DNA of 64,000 nucleotides from NCBI GenBank assembly GCA_000165345.1, contig CM000430.1, positions 64,001 to 128,000 of the forward strand, read 5' to 3'. Shown piece by piece: positions 62,862 to 64,000 of this stretch (position 1 is its first letter; each line of letters starts with the position of its first letter). The notes under the pieces were generated by a model. It saw only the letters and a program-made list of their open reading frames with translations, ran no database searches and was not told where the DNA came from. The position numbers and the translations under genes were made by a program.

Positions 62862-64000
62862 ATGGAAGGATTTCATCCCGATTGGCAAGGCTACTTCAAG
62901 CCTTTAATTGCTTTAATAGCTCCAAAAAATATACAGGAGCATATTTCAAAAAGTATTGATTCATTTAGACCAAAATCATGTTTCCCTTGTGACAAATACC
63001 TAGAGTTGAAATGCATGACTTATTCAGAGCTTATTAATCCAACTCCAACACCAAGTGCAACATCTCCATCAAAAACTCTATTAAAATCTCCATATTCAAT
63101 TTCAAATTCAAATTGTGTAATATTAGGGAATCGAACTGGTAATTATCTTGGAGGAATCGATATTTTGAATATAAATTGGATGAATAAAGTTAGATATGAA
63201 ACACCAGCTCTATATATTCTTTGTTTTGACTGGCAGAAATACCCAATAAATACCAATAATTCAAATTCGGAAGAAACAGAAAATAATCAAGATCAAGAAA
63301 TTATTAATGAACTTGAAAATGATGCTCTTAATATAATTAAAAATATTACATCCATATTAAAAAAGAGACAATCCCCACCATCAGTATTAATTTTTGTAAT
63401 TTTACCATCAGGTACTCCAGATCCTCAATCATGTGTAACTTGTTTCAGAAGAAATCATTTTCCTGAGCTACAGGCAATATTTGTAACATGTGGATTAAAA
63501 CATCAAAAACAATTAAATATCAGAATTGAGAGATTAGCTGAAATGGCTTATGAAACGGCTCAAGCATATTATAGTGAGAATGAGCGAAGATGGAGAAAGT
63601 CTGCAATTAAAGCACAGACAGCTGGTATAACGGCTTCAAGTGATTCATTTATTGGAAGTTTATCAATGAAAAGTTCATCCACTGGATTAAGATATTCTGT
63701 ATCGAATAGTATACAATCTAGTTTATCTCCAAGATTTGGTAGAAATTCATTCTTTTCAGCAGCTAATTCAAGCTCAAATAGTGTGAATAATCTTCTCAAG
63801 AATGTAAGCTTGACAAATGCAAATACTTTATCTAGATCCAATAAGAATAATTCTTTTGCCTCAAGTACTTCTGGGAATGGTTGTCAAACAATGACTCAAC
63901 TCCAATCAAAAGTATTATTAATAAGATATTGTATAAAGAGTGCTGTAATGAATGAGTTTTGTGGGAATTTTGCATTGGCTGTAAAACAGTATATTGCAGC
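62862..64000 (+). CDS. Hypothetical protein, 5' part; it continues beyond the window end. Not in the ORF track.
   Basis: ATG at ~62862. The frame MEGFHPDWQGYFKPLIALIAPKNIQEHISKS...VLIFVILPSGTPDPQSCVTCFRRNHFPELQAIFVTCGL...RYCIKSAVMNEFCGNFALAVKQYIA is open for 379 codons to the last base. A random origin is implausible at this AT content. Family unknown; possibly a trafficking-complex subunit. Confidence 0.55.
   Translation, partial: MEGFHPDWQGYFKPLIALIAPKNIQEHISKSIDSFRPKSCFPCDKYLELKCMTYSELINPTPTPSATSPSKTLLKSPYSISNSNCVILGNRTGNYLGGIDILNINWMNKVRYETPALYILCFDWQKYPINTNNSNSEETENNQDQEIINELENDALNIIKNITSILKKRQSPPSVLIFVILPSGTPDPQSCVTCFRRNHFPELQAIFVTCGLKHQKQLNIRIERLAEMAYETAQAYYSENERRWRKSAIKAQTAGITASSDSFIGSLSMKSSSTGLRYSVSNSIQSSLSPRFGRNSFFSAANSSSNSVNNLLKNVSLTNANTLSRSNKNNSFASSTSGNGCQTMTQLQSKVLLIRYCIKSAVMNEFCGNFALAVKQYIA

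Overview
The window is AT-rich (about 25-30% GC), intron-poor, gene-dense nuclear DNA from an apicomplexan, most consistent with a Cryptosporidium species, read from a draft assembly. It contains an N-run gap at ~33968-34096 and isolated n bases (25877, 26410, 26795-26796). Three lines of evidence support the Cryptosporidium call: (1) apicomplexan-type proteins, namely an armadillo-repeats-only (ARO)-like acylated protein, a Kelch+MORC ATPase fusion and an Sfi1-like repeat giant; (2) short AT-rich introns with GTAAGT donors; (3) many E2F-like GGCGCCAAA / TTTCGCGGGAAA sites and TGCATGCA boxes in intergenic DNA. Standard genetic code is used. The ORF track treats TTG/GTG as start codons, so several starts were moved to the first ATG. 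The window splits into housekeeping flanks (1-22.6 kb and 42.7-64 kb) and a compositionally distinct low-complexity/secretory island (~22.6-42.7 kb). Flank genes: eIF3d (partial), RPL15, MORC-Kelch, ENT nucleoside transporter, Aha1-domain protein, Notchless, RPL39, eIF3b, ARO, dephospho-CoA kinase, BRCT protein, Hop2, mitochondrial phosphate carrier, proteasome beta-3, MPDU1, SpoU methyltransferase and three large hypothetical proteins. The headline finding lies in the island: a tandem array of seven same-strand paralogous small secreted-protein genes (24.2-33.2 kb) that share only an N-terminal module, then diverge into low-complexity tails. The module is a signal peptide, an acidic/His linker and a fixed-position S-[FLI]-[LI]-[KQN]-[LIM] motif, often followed by R(R)L plus a Cys cluster. 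The island also holds an Sfi1-like giant gene, a Tom40-like porin and a Tyr/Pro-repeat secreted protein. Several gene models were built or corrected by hand: RPL39 (missed because it is under 60 aa); a two-exon Aha1-domain gene; a three-exon dephospho-CoA kinase; a four-exon Hop2; a proteasome beta-3 whose first exon is only ATG; and a 3'-truncated gene at the window end. All hand-derived splice coordinates are approximate (about +/-2 nt) because they were read by eye.
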